Assembly: GCF_009914755.1 (NCBI RefSeq)
Contig: NC_060925.1
Strand: one strand, 5' to 3'
Length of the DNA: 64,000 nucleotides
Origin: the human T2T-CHM13v2.0 reference genome, Homo sapiens
Shown here: positions 18,301 to 33,636 of the stretch, piece by piece
Layout of the letters: each line of letters opens with the position of its first letter
Position numbering within the stretch: the stretch's first letter is position 1
Notes under the pieces: generated by a model
Told to the model about the DNA's origin: nothing
Databases searched by the model: none
The model's input: the letters and a program-made list of their open reading frames with translations, nothing else
Position numbers and translations under genes: made by a program

Positions 18301-21300
18301 AGCTAAAAGCTGGCTGGGGAACAAATGACAGCCAGATAGCTTGCCCTGCCATAGTTGTGAATCTTCCCTTTGAGGATTGCATTATTAGAGTTCTTTCCTC
18401 CCAAAACACTGTATTATAAACCTAATGCGTGGCTCAGTGGTTTAGGGATATATAAGAAAGCATAATAGAAAACATTCTAGATCAGCTCCTATTTCTGTTC
18501 TCAATATTAAGATAATTTTGGTATCTGTATCTGCCTAAGCTTCATATTAAGAGACGGAAAGAGATTGTTTTTTGTATTTCTTGATAGCAGCAATAGACGA
18601 GAGTTACTCATGTGCTCTGCTGTATGCTGCTCACACACATCAAATTACCCTCCTAACACATATACTTGCATGTCTTGCACATGTACAGGCACACGCTGCA
18701 GGCATAGTCCTCTAAGGCAATCAAAGCACATCAAGGGTCCTGCCTACATGTGCTTTTAAGTTCCATTAAGGACTCTTGGAGAGTGACTATTTCATAATGG
18801 CTCACACTTGATAAAACCAGTTCAAGAGCAATTTATATGCCCAAGACTAACATATGAAAAAACAACAACGCAGAACAAAAAATTGTGTGAGCAGCAAACC
18901 AAAATTATTTTTTAAAGTTTCTAATAGCAGGAAAAATTAAACAATTTTATAAAAAGGGTAAATTTAACAATTTATGAAATAATTTAATTTTAAAGTATTA
19001 ATTAGGAAAACACAGAAACATTTTTTGTTAAGATTTGGCATGTTTCATATCGGAAATTTTTTGCTCCATTAACTTAACATTTACTTTTTTATATGAACTG
19101 GGAAATATACTTGTTGTTCAGATATTATCTACTTCTCTCTATCACTTAAAGTGCTAAAATTAGCATTCTAAATATATCCTGATGCTCCAAGAAACTATAT
19201 TAAAAAACATAGTTGTATAGTTCCAAAAATCTCTACTTTGCTCTTTTGATTTGATTCGATTTGATTAAAATCAAAAATTTAAATTTGATTTCTCTTGACC
19301 TCACCTCCCTAAATCACAGTGATAGTTCAAGTTACATGTTATAGATGGCAAAATGATTTGCCTATCTATAGTTGTTTAAATAACATGATATAAAATGACT
19401 TCTAGCCACTTCTTTTTTCTCTCTATTGCGGTCACCAAAAGCTAATTTAGGACTCACTAAAAGAAAAGGAATATTGCTTTTAAACATGGTTTTTTCTTTG
19501 CCGATTTTATTTAAGACTGGTAAGCCATCTTGTTCTGTCTCAGAAAAACAGGAGCCTCACCTATAAGGCTGGAAATAGTCCTCTAGACAGATTTGAAGCC
19601 TGCAGTTTTCAGGGGTTTCCTGTCTACAACCCAATGTAGAGAAGCAGAATGAAAAAAGTCTTTCCACTGACCTACACAAACTCATGGAACAGGGGCTGCA
19701 GAGAAAAACCTCTATCAGATTAATCAAATGAAGATCTATGGCCTTAATTTTGAAGCCTATGATCATCCAGTTATGAAACATTAAATTTAACTGTTATTCA
19801 GTTTCCAGAATTAGAGAACAAGTAAAGATTAAGGGACTCTAGAAATGACATTCAATTTGCCAACTTCACAAATCTGGCTTAATATCAGGATTTAAGAGAA
19901 AGGTAATGGTGAGGAAGCATGAGACAGGTGAGCTGAAATCTCAGTGAAGTTCCTCTTGGGTACTCCGAAAGAGTCTGTCATCAGTGACCCAAGAATTCAA
20001 GCTATGTTAAAAAAGTCTCATATGGGATTTGGACTGAAGCTCCAGAGAAGGAGGGAAAGTCACCTATATCTTCTCATTTACTCTGGCCTGGGTGCAGGGA
20101 TGGTAGTGGGAAGAGTCTTCCAGTACTGTGATGCCCTTCACTAGCTTCTCAGAGAGGCCCAAATAAACTGTCCACTAGGGTAGGAAGGGAGTGGTAAAGT
20201 CCAGGTGCTGAAAGTCCTCAGTCAAGAGAATATCACTGTTAATGACTAACAGGCATTGCCCAACTCTAGGTACCAGTCCTCAATAATGGATATGATGCTC
20301 ACTCTCATGTTATCTTTTCAGCAGCACTGTGAGGAGGGGGCTTGCTTCAGTTGTCAGTTGAGGAAGCCTTTGAGCAGTTTAACACCTTGCCTGTGGTCGC
20401 AGAGTGACAGGGTGACGTTGGAAAGCTCCCCTTGGCCTGTTTCTCAAGCCTGTATTAACAGCCTCCATGCTATATCACTGGGCTCTGTCATTTGCCTTTC
20501 CTTATGCCCTAGCATGGTTCAGAACTCATACTATTGATCTGCCAGTCCATAGCACAAAACAACCTGCTGGTTCAAGTCTTCATTTTCATAATTTTTTTCC
20601 TCTTCCACCTCCATTTCCTCCCAAATACCTTATTAGAAATTCAGACTTTTGTAAGCCAGGGAAAATGAGAAAAGAGATTGAGTTGGAGGAAAGGAAATGA
20701 CAGGGAAGATCTGAAAAAGAATCCATCTTGGTGTTGAGAGGAAAGAGAAAAACACAAGCTCATCATGACAGCAAAGCTTTGGCTAACATGTAAAAGCACT
20801 GTGAAAAAGAGGCAGATGTTTTTGAATACCTTAGTCATAAATCATATTGGGACATCATTCTTTTTTGTTTGTTTAGGCTAAATGCAAATAAGCATGTGAT
20901 TAGTTTCATTGTAACACAGTTGGCTTCAACGCTGTTTATCAGAGGATAGAAAAATAATTTTATTTGCTTAATTATTAGCTTATGATTTGCTATTGAGTTT
21001 CTTTTTCAATAGATTTATGAATTGCGTTCAGAAGGCACCCCACTTCCTGTAACATTGCCCTCTTGGATCCCACTAGAGATTTTTGTGCTTTAGGTTCTCC
21101 AGCCTCTCCTTGGAGACCAATGCTTTTCACAACATCCTACCTTCATTTTATCCTTTCTGTGCAGACACACATGCAGCCGTGCACATTCATCTGCCTGGAA
21201 GAATGTGGAGATTCCAAGGTTATTCTAACAATGGATCAAGTTCAGGCTCCACGTTAATTTGTAAGTACAATGAAAACATCTTTCTCTTTTGATAAACTTT

Positions 21301-21765
21301 TCCCACCCTTGTTAACATACTGTGCTCTTTAATTGCAAAGGGACAGAAGATGAAGAAGTATCATGTTTTTGAGCCAGTGGTAGAAGGGTGTTTTACTTGC
21401 ATTCACAATTTCCCCACTTGCTTAAATTATTGTGATTCATACAGTAAATACAAAAGAAAAAAAAAAGCCAAGGAGTTAAATTTAAAGAAAATAAAGCTAG
21501 TGACTTCAAATAGTAAAACTGAATTGCTTGCTTTTAAATTTGTCACATAACAGCCCCCATTCCCCCAGTGCAGAAACCATGACAAAAGATGTCGCCAGAT
21601 TCTACACATTTTGGCTGCCTTTCATTCCAAGCAATTGCGAAGTTGTAAATGGGGGAAAGGGCAGTTCAGTTTGACCTGATACATTTAATAGGGTCCATGA
21701 TGGTAACATCATTCTGTTGTCTAAGCTTTGAATAAATGATACTCTATGTCCATGAAGGAATGCAC

Positions 21766-22055
<290 letters not shown>

Positions 22056-23116
22056 TCACATTTGTTTTAATGGGGGTTGTCTTTGTTTTCTTGATGATGA
22101 TTGATTCACTAATAACCGGAAGTAACTCAGCTAGGTCCTGAGAGAAATGTCTTTAATGCCCATTTTAGCCCTAATATGGGAAGTAACTTCGAAGAAGTAA
22201 TGTTTTATCTGCGCTCTCTGTCTCTCTCTCTATATATATATATTTGTTTTTTTACTTACTTTATTTATTAGACCTAGATAATGAGAATTAGATTATGACA
22301 CAAAGTTGTTAATATCAATGGAATGTGGATCTGCTATATTGATTTTTTCATTAATGATTTGTTGAATTGTATTCTTATAATCATATATCTATATTTTATT
22401 ATAAAATAATCATTTACACACATCTAAGGTTAACATTTGCAAGAAACTGGAAAAAACGTTAAGATGTCATTTCATACACTATGGTCTGCAATAATGATTT
22501 TAGTTCAAATTTGTCCCCATATCTTTTGCCAACAAAAACTGATTTATAAAGCATGTTCCCCAATCCAGAACCAGATAATAAGGGAGATAATTACTATGCC
22601 TGGTTATAGTTTAAGAACAATTTCCTGAGGCACCACTTGTAAAAGTGAAAGAACATACATTGGAATGAGTGCTAGTCAGCTGTATACTAAAAGAAAAGTG
22701 AGAAATTGTTACACAGAGCCTGTTTTCCAATAGCAGTTTAAATAAGAACTACATTGTCCCTGACAATCCCATAGAACCTTTCATAGTGTGATTTTACTAT
22801 ACAGACACACTAACTCTTTTTAAGCTCTTTAGGGACATAGAAAAAACAAATTAATCATTGCACAATGGTATATCATTTATTTACCAACATAAGTGCTTCA
22901 TCATTGAAAAGTAGGAGTTATTAAGACGTAAAGCAGAATTTGACTTTCTTGTGGAAACTACATTATATTTTATTTCAAATAAAAAAGAATCATTAGCTAT
23001 ATTAATACCATGTCTTATTGTTTTATTATCTTATTGTGTTCTTATTTTAAAAGAACACTGAAAACTGCAAGATCATTGTTTAATGTTTTCATTGAAAGAA
23101 ACCCATTAAATTCTAG

Positions 23117-23427
<311 letters not shown>

Positions 23428-23974
23428 AAACCCATTAAATTTTAAAGAATAATTAATTTTGAAGATTTAATATATAATTCAACCTAAGAAAAGACATCAA
23501 TATATTTGTTTTAAAATTTAGCTTAAGATAAATCAGTGATAGGTATGTTTAATCTTGCTTTAGGAAACTGTTAATTGGTGTTCATATTCTTTAGGGCCTC
23601 TAAATTTACACCCGCCTTGAAAATAATAACGTTTTTCTCCTATAAATTTTGACAAAATGAAATGAAGGACTGAGCAAACCTTTGGCAAATAAAAACAAAG
23701 AAAAACTGACTAATTTAGGCTGTTTGATTTTTTTTTTAAAGTATCTCATCCATTTAGCTTTGACTTATTTCCTTTGTATAAATTATCGGTTTCACTTATT
23801 TGATTTGTCAATGCACAGCTGGAGAAAAGTGGAAAATTTTAAAAATATAAATCTAGTTTAAAATAAAAAACCCACCTAGATATTTGGTATAGAGAAGATA
23901 CTGTCATAGTATAGTGGGTTTTGAAAACAAAAGCTTTTCTCTTTTTCTAGATTAAAGAAACCAAAAGACAGGCA

Positions 23975-25573
23975 GTTATTTCTTATTTAAATCTTTATTA
24001 AAAGAAAAAAGATTTAAAACAAGTAACAACAAATTTCATTAAATATTAAACATTTTAATTATCAAAGATATTTAGACAATACGTTTCTAACATTTCTGCA
24101 CAGCAGAAGCACACTGATTATAGAGCTCAGACTGTCATGTGCTCATGTGAGTTTATTTTTGGCATAAAAGTATCTAAAGTCACATTTAAACAAATGTGAT
24201 AATATTTTATAAACTGATAGTAACTTACTGATGATTGATTCTCAAAGCTTTCACAAATTATCATTATATGATTGACATTCTCTTAGGGTGAATACTTTTC
24301 TGGACTCTTTCTGTAACAAACACTGAGTAACCAACTGAATTAATTTCCTTAAAAGTTAGTAGTACTGGTAAAATTATTTAAAACTGAATTGGAAATTATG
24401 TTCCTGTTTATAGTAGTACAATACAATTAACATACTGTAAGTAAACTGATTTTTTCATACCAAAAGTTAGAAAATGAAGTGGCATATATAGAACAGGCTT
24501 TGATGAAAATAAATGATCATTTAAAAGGGAGCTATTCAGTACATGACATCTGTGAGCACCCTTTCGAGGAGTAAAGTTTCCCTTTGCAATTCCTAGAAGT
24601 TTCTCTTTCTGATCTTTGTAAAACACTGAGAAATGCAGTATTATACCTATTGTATTTTCAAAGATCTACTATAGAAAACATTTCATTTTAAAACTTCTCT
24701 TTTAGTAAAAAAAAAAACAAAGAAATCCAACAAGTGTTCTTTCGGGGTTTGTTTCTTCTTGCGTGTAGTACACATTCATGAATGTCCACTAGGCGCAAGG
24801 GAAATTGTTTAGCTGCACAATGTATTCCATAATAGTGAGGATATCAAACAGAGCAAAATGACAAATGTTTTCCAATCAGTGAGCTAAGAGTGAAACAAAT
24901 GCAATAAGACTTGTTTTAATCACGAAACATTGCAGGTTTTAATTTTTTAAAAAACAATGTTTGTAAACTTGCCCATAAAAGCTGGGTAATATTAAATAGC
25001 CAGTAAGGCACTTTGTCAGAGGGCTAAGTAGTAAAGGCTGGATGATTGGCAATTTGTTTAAGAGGAAACATTCTATACTTAAAGAGAGCAAACTCTCAAC
25101 TGGGGCAGTCCTTTCACTGATTTACTGTCCAACGAGAGTGGGAAAAACTTTAAAATTTTTAATTTCACTTTGCTGACCAATTTTCCCTGCAGAAGAAGTC
25201 TTCTTTTAGTTGTAATTTTAAAAATATATTAGGAGCTATCAATTTAAGTAATGTATCATTTTTCAATCTAAGATTTAAAAGAATATTAACATATTCAGTA
25301 GTATTTTCAAAACATCCAAGCCACTCTTTAAAAACGAATTACAAAACAAATGATCTTAGTATAAAAATGTTTTATGTTATTAACAATTCCCTTGCGACTT
25401 CTGATGGCTTCACATAGTACAGTATAAGCTTTGGTATAAAACATGCAAATGCAAGCCAACAAGGTCGTGAATACAGTGTTGCTAAACACAAAGCACTTAT
25501 GAAACAAATGTTGCACAGACACAGCAGATGGAGAAAAGGTAACACACAGCTGTAGGACGACCAGTTTGCTCTT
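23975..25573 (-). other. SLC44A5: 3' UTR of the distal-exon isoform (~1.6 kb, AU-rich, no recognisable repeats)
   Basis: Lies between the stop codon and the AATAAA at 23994-23999; the exact cleavage position is inferred. Confidence 0.7.
23994..23999 (-). terminator. SLC44A5: Polyadenylation signal AATAAA (distal)
   Basis: tttatt on the + strand; followed on the minus strand by a GU/U-rich element TGTCTTTTGGTTTCTTT about 25-40 nt downstream. Confidence 0.75.
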
Positions 25574-25680
25574 CTACTGCTTCCTAGTTTGTGGATTTTC
25601 CTCCTGGAAAATCTTCAGCAAAGGTTGACTCACATAATAAGGTCTTGCAGTAGAACCATCATTTCTTTCTAAATCTTCCA
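25574..25680 (-). CDS. SLC44A5: SLC44A5 alternative last coding exon, distal ([35 protein letters not shown])
   Basis: End of ORF 25574..25822; ttcttcctcctag acceptor in phase 1; stop TAG at 25574-25576. Confidence 0.95.
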
Positions 25681-26331
25681 CTAGGAGGAAGAATGGTACA
25701 GAGTAAATATCAAAGCAGAACTGTAAGAGAAGTAACACCGCCATCTGCTGTATACTCGCTTTACAGCAGTTCAAAATCCTTTTGTTGTTGTTTTTTTTTT
25801 GTTGTTGTTTTTTAAACAGCATAGTTTGGCATCAACATTATTGTAAACATAGTTATGCGAAAACAATAAGCCCTTGTGATTATGTCAGCAAGATATTATT
25901 TCATTCTGTGTAACAGGTCAGATTCTGCCAATATTGCGTGTCTCTCAGTTGCATGATTGAGAAAATAACTTTCACCTTCTTTTTTTCAATTTACTTTCTA
26001 AATTACTATATTTGCTTAAAATTGATTCTGTTTTGCCATCAATAATTTAAATAGTATAGCCTTGAAAAATAAAAATTGTGAAATTTCAGATTTCAAACAC
26101 ATCAACTGCAAATTTTGAGGAACATTGCCCTGGTTTTTCACAGTTTTTAGTTTAATTGCTTTGTAAGAAAATGGCTTCTAAATATCTTCTCAAAAACAAT
26201 GCTCATTTTTATTCTACATATTTCAATTACACAAATAAGTAGTAAATGGAGAATATTTTTCTGACTAGATGTTAGCTCATAATATAAATTGGCAACTTGT
26301 TTATGTGTTGATTTTTATTTTATTCAAGTGA

Positions 26332-26637
<306 letters not shown>

Positions 26638-28456
26638 AATTTTTCAACTTTTATGTGTATCAGAATCAACTAGAGAACTTTATAATAATTCACATCGTGG
26701 CTCACATCAAATCACAGTATATCAGAATCTCTTGGGCAGAGCACAAACATCTATAGTTATAACAAATTCTCAGGTAGAGGTCACTATTCTACTAGTCCTT
26801 TGTTGTGGCCTTTGTCTTGTTGAATAATAAAAGACTAATCTAGAAAGATAAGTTGTCATTATCTGCATTATGCTTCAAGGAGAATAAGAATGCAGAAGGC
26901 TCTTTGCCAAAATGTGAAGCCAACTGACACTTTTGAATACAATAATCTCAAGAATGTAAGCCAAGAACAAGCTGGTAGTCATTATATATTAAAAATCTTC
27001 CCTATTCATTGGCTTATTGCTATTAATTAATCTGCCACAGAGTCAGTTTAAATCTAGGTGTCTACACTTGAAGATAATTAATACGTATTTAGATCAATCT
27101 ATAACACAACAATACATTTCTGACTCTTTTCTTGGATATATGAGTGATATTCAGATCAACATGTTCCTTTCTGTCAATATATAAATAATCCTTATATACA
27201 AGTTTAAGGTAAAAGCCAAGAAAATACAAATTGATTCAATGCTCCTTTTGGGGTGCATTTTTACATGGTTAACCACATCATACACATTTGCACACAGGGG
27301 ATGGCTAGGCAAGATGTGTGTCTGATTCATGCTTTGTTCTGCCATTCAAAACTTACACATGACTATCAGAAACCTCAGGCGGCCAGCGGTGGCAGGTGGC
27401 AACAACTTTCCTCCTAAGCCCTGCAGAGAGAGAGTTCCTAACCCACAGTATGCCCCTCATAAAGGTATTAGATGATGGAGCGCCAACAGTATATTTCCTT
27501 AGGGTAAAATCTGAAGTGTCTTTCTTTTCTCTTTCCTCACTGAAAGGTGAGACAAAATCAAACCTTCTGTAGAACAAAGCCACACAATCTCTTTAATCTA
27601 GAAATACAGGTATACTCATGAAAAGATATAATCACTCTTCTGAAACAAATTCATATTGATTTTCTATATAGTGGGAATAAGAAATTTGGGTTAAAGACAA
27701 AAGGCATGAGTTATGTAACAATTTCAGTTTTGTTCAGAATATTTTCACCATGGACAGAGGTTCATGTTGTTGGAAATGACACTCCAGAACTCAGATTCGA
27801 CTTCAATATAAACATGATTTCACTAAAACAGAATGGGCTCTGAAGGTTCCATAGTATTTTTTACCCAGTAATGCTCTCCGTAGAACCTATATAACATTAA
27901 CATCTATGTTTGTTATGGACATGACTCACTGAAATATACTTCCTAGGGAACCATTAATACAAGTTTAATCACAGTTTAGAGAGTTGTCCACCAGCTTGAA
28001 CAGTATAAATATAACCATAGCACCATATTTACAAATTTAGTACCATATGCTGGTTAACTATAAATCAATATTTTATGGCTAATTAATTACACATTTATAG
28101 TGTTTTCAAAAATTGCCTGAATATCCTTTACAAATATACACTTATAAAAAGAAAGGCTATTAAAGTGCTGCAATGGAAACAGCACGCTGAGTTATAAAAG
28201 TTATTAAAACACTCTCGGCTACAGATTTTAAAAAACGTTTGACATTAACATTTTGATCTTTAGCTGGGACCACTGTCTATAAAGTAGACAGCAGCTAATG
28301 TCATCAAATACCTGACACCTCAGGTAGTACCAGGTGCTGACTTCTTAGAATTAAGCACAGAAATTTCACATTACTCAAAAGCAACATTTCCAAATTACAA
28401 TCAACCTAATTTACACAACTTCTACTTAAAAATGAGTGACACTGTTTGGAGCTTTT

Positions 28457-28569
28457 CTACTCTTTCTGCTTCTGGGGAACTAGTTGCTTCTTGATCAGAA
28501 TTCCATGCAGGTTAGGGGTTACGAAGTAGGGTTTTTCTGTAGATCCATCATTTCTTTCCAGATCTTCAC
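28457..28569 (-). CDS. SLC44A5: SLC44A5 alternative last coding exon, proximal ([37 protein letters not shown])
   Basis: Absent from the ORF track, found by manual reading; tacag acceptor in phase 1; stop TAG at 28457-28459; paralogous to the distal exon. Confidence 0.92.
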
Positions 28570-29547
28570 CTGTATATGCAGCAGCCAAAGCAGGCAAAAG
28601 CAGAAGCAGCAGAACAATTATACACATTTTTATAAATTGGAGGGTCGAACAGGGAAAAATCAGAAAAATCAGTGTTAGAAAGTCAAATATAAAACAAATT
28701 AGTGCAGTTTACTTGCTGATTCTGGGCAAGGTAAGAAACCTCAACCTCTGCCAGGAAACACTGAAACTTCCTAAATCCCTCCCACTCCCAGAGAGATGTA
28801 TTTTGATACTTTAAAGGCTAAGAAGATATTCTATGTCCCTTCAAAAAAGTGTCATATTTAAATTCTGTAACTGTTCATTTCAGAAAGATATAAATTGCCA
28901 AATCCTCCGGGATGGAGCTGAATAGGAAGTATATTAATTCTGTGATAAATGTAGAATAATAATGGAATTTCAGACTTTCAAGTCACTTCTAATGGTAGTC
29001 CATACTCCGATGTTACAGACGAACACCCTGAGGCCCAGGGATATAAAACAACTCGCTGAAGTCAAAAGCTCTGAGGTAAATAGGATGAGATAGGGACCCA
29101 GCTTCTTGACACCTAGTTTTGCTCTTGTTCTACTTAACTATAAGGCACCCTGTCCTAAATTCTTGCGGTCTTCCTCAGATTGTATTTGAAAGCTAATGTC
29201 AATGTATTCTGACTCTCATAATACATTAATTTACCTTTCAGCTTTGCTTAGGCTAATATTAAATTGATGGCATGTTCACTGACCACCCACCTGCTGGCTA
29301 GTTGGGAGGAAGCACCAGAATTATGCTGACAAACAAGGATACATTTGCATGAAATTAAGCCTCCCGCAGATATATACAATTCACAGCAGATAGTAGCTAT
29401 AGTCTTGGGAATGGTTGGGTCATTGGTTTAGTAGATTTCTACTAGCGCTCACAGTGACCTTCCTCACATACAAAATGAAAAGCAAAAGAGGGAACATGAT
29501 AGACGCTGAACATTTTGCTTTTTTTTGTCCTTAATCCTATTTCTATA

Positions 29548-30570
29548 CAATAGTCCCCTCTTACCCAGTTTTGCTTTCTACAATTTCACTTTCTGTGGTT
29601 TTAGTTACCCAAGGTCCAGAAATATGAAATGCAAAATTCCAGAAATAAACAACTCATTAATTTTAAATTGTGTACTATTATGAGTAGCATAATGAGACCT
29701 CAAACCGTCAAGCTCTATCCCACCCTGGCAGGGAATCCTCCCTTTATCCAGCATCACCTTGCTGTCTAGGATGCTCTTCCCTTAGTCACTTAGTAGCTTT
29801 CTCAGTTATCTGTTGCAAGATCACAGTGCTTGTGTTCAGGTAACCCTTATTTTAGTTAATAATGGCCCCAAATTGCAAGATTAGTGTTGCTGGCAATTTG
29901 GATAAGCTGTAAAATGCTTCCTTTAAGTGAAAAGGTGAAAGTTCTCGAGTTAATAAGAAATAAACTTATACTGAGGTTGCTAAGATCTACATAAGAACAA
30001 ATCTTCGGTTTTTTGTTTGTTTGTTTGAGGCAAAGTCTCACTCTGTCACCTAGCCTGGAGTGCAGTGGCGTGATCTCAGCTCACTGCAGCCTCTGCCTCT
30101 CAGTTTCAAGTAGTTCTGCTGTCTCAGCCTCCAGAGTAGCTGGGATTATAGGTACCTGCCACCATGCCTGGCTAATTTTTGTATTATTTGTAGAGACAGG
30201 GTTTTGCTATGTTGGTCAGGCTGGTCTCGAACTCCTGATCTCAAGTGATCTGCCGGCCTCGGCCTCCCAAAGTGTTGGGATTACAGGCGTGAGCCACCAT
30301 GCCCGGCAAAACAAATTTTTTATACGTGAAATTGTGAAGAAGAAAAAAGAATTTTAAGCTAGTTTTGTTGTATCTCAAACTGCAAAAGTTATGGCCACAG
30401 TGTATGATAAGTGCTTAGTTAGGATGGAAAAGGCATTACATTTGTGGATGGAAGACATAAACGGAAACATGTTCCAATTGACAGCAATTGGGTTTGGTAC
30501 TATTAGAGAATTCTGGCATGTCCAGGGGTCTTGGAATGTAACCCCCATGGATAAGGAGAGATTACTGCTG
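29548..30570 (+). mobile_element. MER44-family (Tigger7 derivative) DNA transposon with a nested Alu
   Basis: TA flanks; TIR-like ends CAATAGTCCCCTCTTACCC and GGATAAGGAGAGATTACTG; AAAATTCCAGAAATAAACAA motif. Confidence 0.8.
30009..30307 (-). mobile_element. Alu (AluS/J) inside the MER44
   Basis: Full dimer; AACAAAT on both flanks. Confidence 0.93.
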
Positions 30571-31899
30571 TATATAACATATCTATCTTGTTATTACTCT
30601 TAAGGTACTGGTAAGAAGTCTGGCCTGGATCACATTAATAAGCATCTACAACTATTATTTTTTTCCCACTCTGAGATGATGAATCTCAGTACCTTGTAAT
30701 AATAAAAAGATTCCATGTTTCTAAAAATGAAGTGTTTACAAATGGTTTGCATTGTAAAAATCACCAGTTTTCTGGCAGCCAAGACAATAGGAATAAATAA
30801 ATAAATAAATCTACACATTCAGAATTTGGCTCAGGGCATCATTTAAGAAGAATATTTTACAAAGTGTGATGTTGCCCATAGTAACAGCTAGGGGAGGAAG
30901 AGAAACACAATTTAAGTTTCCTTGTTCTTTGTTATCACAGACAAGTGTCTCTGAAAGGAAATGATTCATGTCAACATGCAATACACTGAATCAAGCTGAT
31001 GTACCTGGCTTTCAAGGAGTTGGCAATTAATAAAGATGGTGGAAAACATTTCTTACTGTCAAAATTCAAAATCAACTGCCAAACTTAAAATCCACATATT
31101 AGCCAAAACTTCCAAAGACTGGAAGCTAGTAGGTTCTAGACATTTCCTGAGACAAATTTTCATAAGTATTTTCAGCTACAAGAATGGGGAAGGTCACATA
31201 GTGATTTCCAGTTATTGCTCCCATGGTTAATGTTGGAGATGAGAGGAGAGATCTTTGAGCATTCTAGAGCCCTGCGTCCACCATGTTTTAGTGCTTGACC
31301 TTACTCGTGCTCCTTCTTCCATCCCATACCTGAACTGTTTGTTCATGTGATATTTTGTAGATAGATGGCTTTCCTTAGACCACTGAAGCACTAGGAAAAC
31401 ATTAAACATTTCATTTCCATTTACAACCAGAGGAAGAGCTAACTAGTACATAAAGTTCTCTTGAATTCTTTGTCCGGTTATTGAGAATTGATTTTAACAG
31501 GCTCAGAAACAAACAAACAAAAAACAAGGCCAGACTTTTTTCCAGGAGGTTTTCTTTGAATATATCTCCCTATAGTTATCGTCTCTCTTGATCCCAGTGT
31601 GAAGTTGGTGCTGTGGGTTATTCTAAAATGCAAACTGTAAATTTTATACAAGTGGATTGTTCAGTAATGGCCTGTCAGAGAGTAAATGTTCTCTGTTTCT
31701 CTTAAGGGCAATGTGCTAGAGAAATAATCTCTCAGGATGTGTAGTTGTGCAGCTAACAAGTTCTGCTCTTTTACTTACTGACTCTACTTTCTGTTGGTTT
31801 GCCAAAGAAATGGCATGGAAGGTGAAAGCCAGATTAAGCTTCTGCTAGGTACTAGGTTCTCCAGGACTTTTCAAGTGAGGTACTAATATTAAAAAAATC

Positions 31900-32210
31900 T
31901 TTTTTTTTTTTCTCAGAGCCAGGATCTTGCTCTGTTACTCAGGCTGGAATACAGTGGCACTATCATAGCTCACTGCAGCCTTGAACTCCTGGGCCCAGGT
32001 GATCCTCCCACCTCAGCCTCCTGGGTAGCTAGGACTACAGGTGTGTGCTACCGTGCCTGGCTAATTTATTTATTTATTTATTTATTTATTTTCTAGAGAT
32101 AGGGTCTCACTATGTTGCCCAGGCTGGTCTCAAGCTGGGCTTCAAGCAGTTCTCCCCATCTTGGCCTCTGAAAGCACTAAGATTACAGGTATGAGCCACA
32201 GTGCCTAGCC
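31900..32210 (-). mobile_element. AluJ with a (TTTA)n expansion in the middle linker
   Basis: Alu dimer; TTTA repeats at ~32064-32091. Confidence 0.92.
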
Positions 32211-32721
32211 AAAAAAAGAAAACCCTATTTTGTGTATGGGAGTTGCATATGCAACTATAGGAGCATCATGTATAAGTCAGTGATGAAAGCTCTAAAGAAG
32301 TATTTTAACTCTATGTATCAAAATTAATCCAACTATTTCCTAGAGGCACTCCTCTCCGAATCCTATCCATTTGTCATTGTGATGCACAGTGCGAATTGGC
32401 CCTATATGTCCTTGAAACCACCTTGTCATCTTGGCTTTATCAGAATTTATAAATCCTCTCCTCAAAGAATTCCACATATCTAGTTCCCAGAGTCCTGTTA
32501 CGTCTTCAGTTCTGTTAACAAAGCATGGCAGAAGCCAATCATTATTATTCACTTAAAAAATCAAGAAATGAACAAAATAATTTCATGCTAACAGTATGCC
32601 ATGAAGCCTGTGCTTCATTTCAGTAGTTGACTCTTCTGTGCTTTGCAAACTCCATTCTCTTAGCTGTTAAGATTTCTTTTTAAATTTTGTATTTTTCTCT
32701 AAGCCTTGTTGAGGTATAATT

Positions 32722-33145
32722 TTTTTATCCAACTTTATTGAGATATAATTAATAAATAACAACTGTAAATATTTAAGGTGTGTAATGTTTTGATATATGC
32801 ATATATAGTAAAATGATTGCCACAGTCAAGCTAATGAACATGTCCATAACCTCCCATAGTTATCTTTGTGTGTGTGTGGTGAGAATACTAACGAGCTTAG
32901 CAAATTTCAAGTTAACAATACAGTATTATTAACTATAGTCACCATGCTGTACATGTGAGTGCCATAATTTATTCATCCTGCATAACTGAAAGTTTGTACC
33001 CTTTGACCAACATCTCTCTATTTTACTGACCCCTCAATCTCTGGTCATCACCCCTCTACTCTGTTTCTATGAGTTTGACATTTTTAGATTCCACATGTAA
33101 GTGAGATCATGAAGTATTTGTCTTTCTGCATCTGACTTATTTCTC
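32722..33145 (-). mobile_element. L1M (L1MA/MB) 3' end fragment
   Basis: TTTTTAGATTCCACATGTAAGTGAGATCATG and ACAATACAGTATTATTAACTATAGTCACCATGCTGTAC motifs. Confidence 0.8.
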
Positions 33146-33318
33146 AGGTATTATGGTTTAAATAACATCTACTAAGCAATATCTCTTTCCAGATAAACAC
33201 GTTTTGTGGTTGCAGCCAGGTAACAGCAGATCCCCAAGCCAGCTAAGGACATGGGCCTTCACCATCTCACCTTTCAGTTATCCACCGAAGGGGGAAAACA
33301 CACATACTGAATACTCAC

Positions 33319-33403
33319 AGAAGCAGATGAAAATTGTTTCAACACACATTGCATAGACGCTGAAGAACCCATGTGCAATCAGGTAAGACCCAAAAATGAC
33401 TGT
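33319..33403 (-). CDS. SLC44A5: SLC44A5 penultimate coding exon ([28 protein letters not shown])
   Basis: Inside ORF 33278..33484; ttacag acceptor, gtgagt donor; 85 nt, phase 0 to 1. Confidence 0.96.
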
Positions 33404-33636
33404 CTGTAAATGGATGAAGAAGAGAACCAACATGTCATTTACTTTGACCAGAAGAAGAATAATGCAGCTATAAATGAAAGCCATGATGAGAAAGTTTTGA
33501 AGTACTCTGTATGGGAAAAGAGTTCAGTATAGAGACCAAAAAGTTCAATGATAATGCTTCTGCATACTTTGTACTGAGACTTAAACAAGTTTTATTAAAT
33601 TAACTGCCTTTTTTTTCCCTTTTTTGGGGGGTACTA

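Noticed and set aside
27378-27402. CTCF-like GGCCAGCGGTGGCAGGTGGC
   Set aside because: Spacing is off by one base or the CC core is missing; too weak to call
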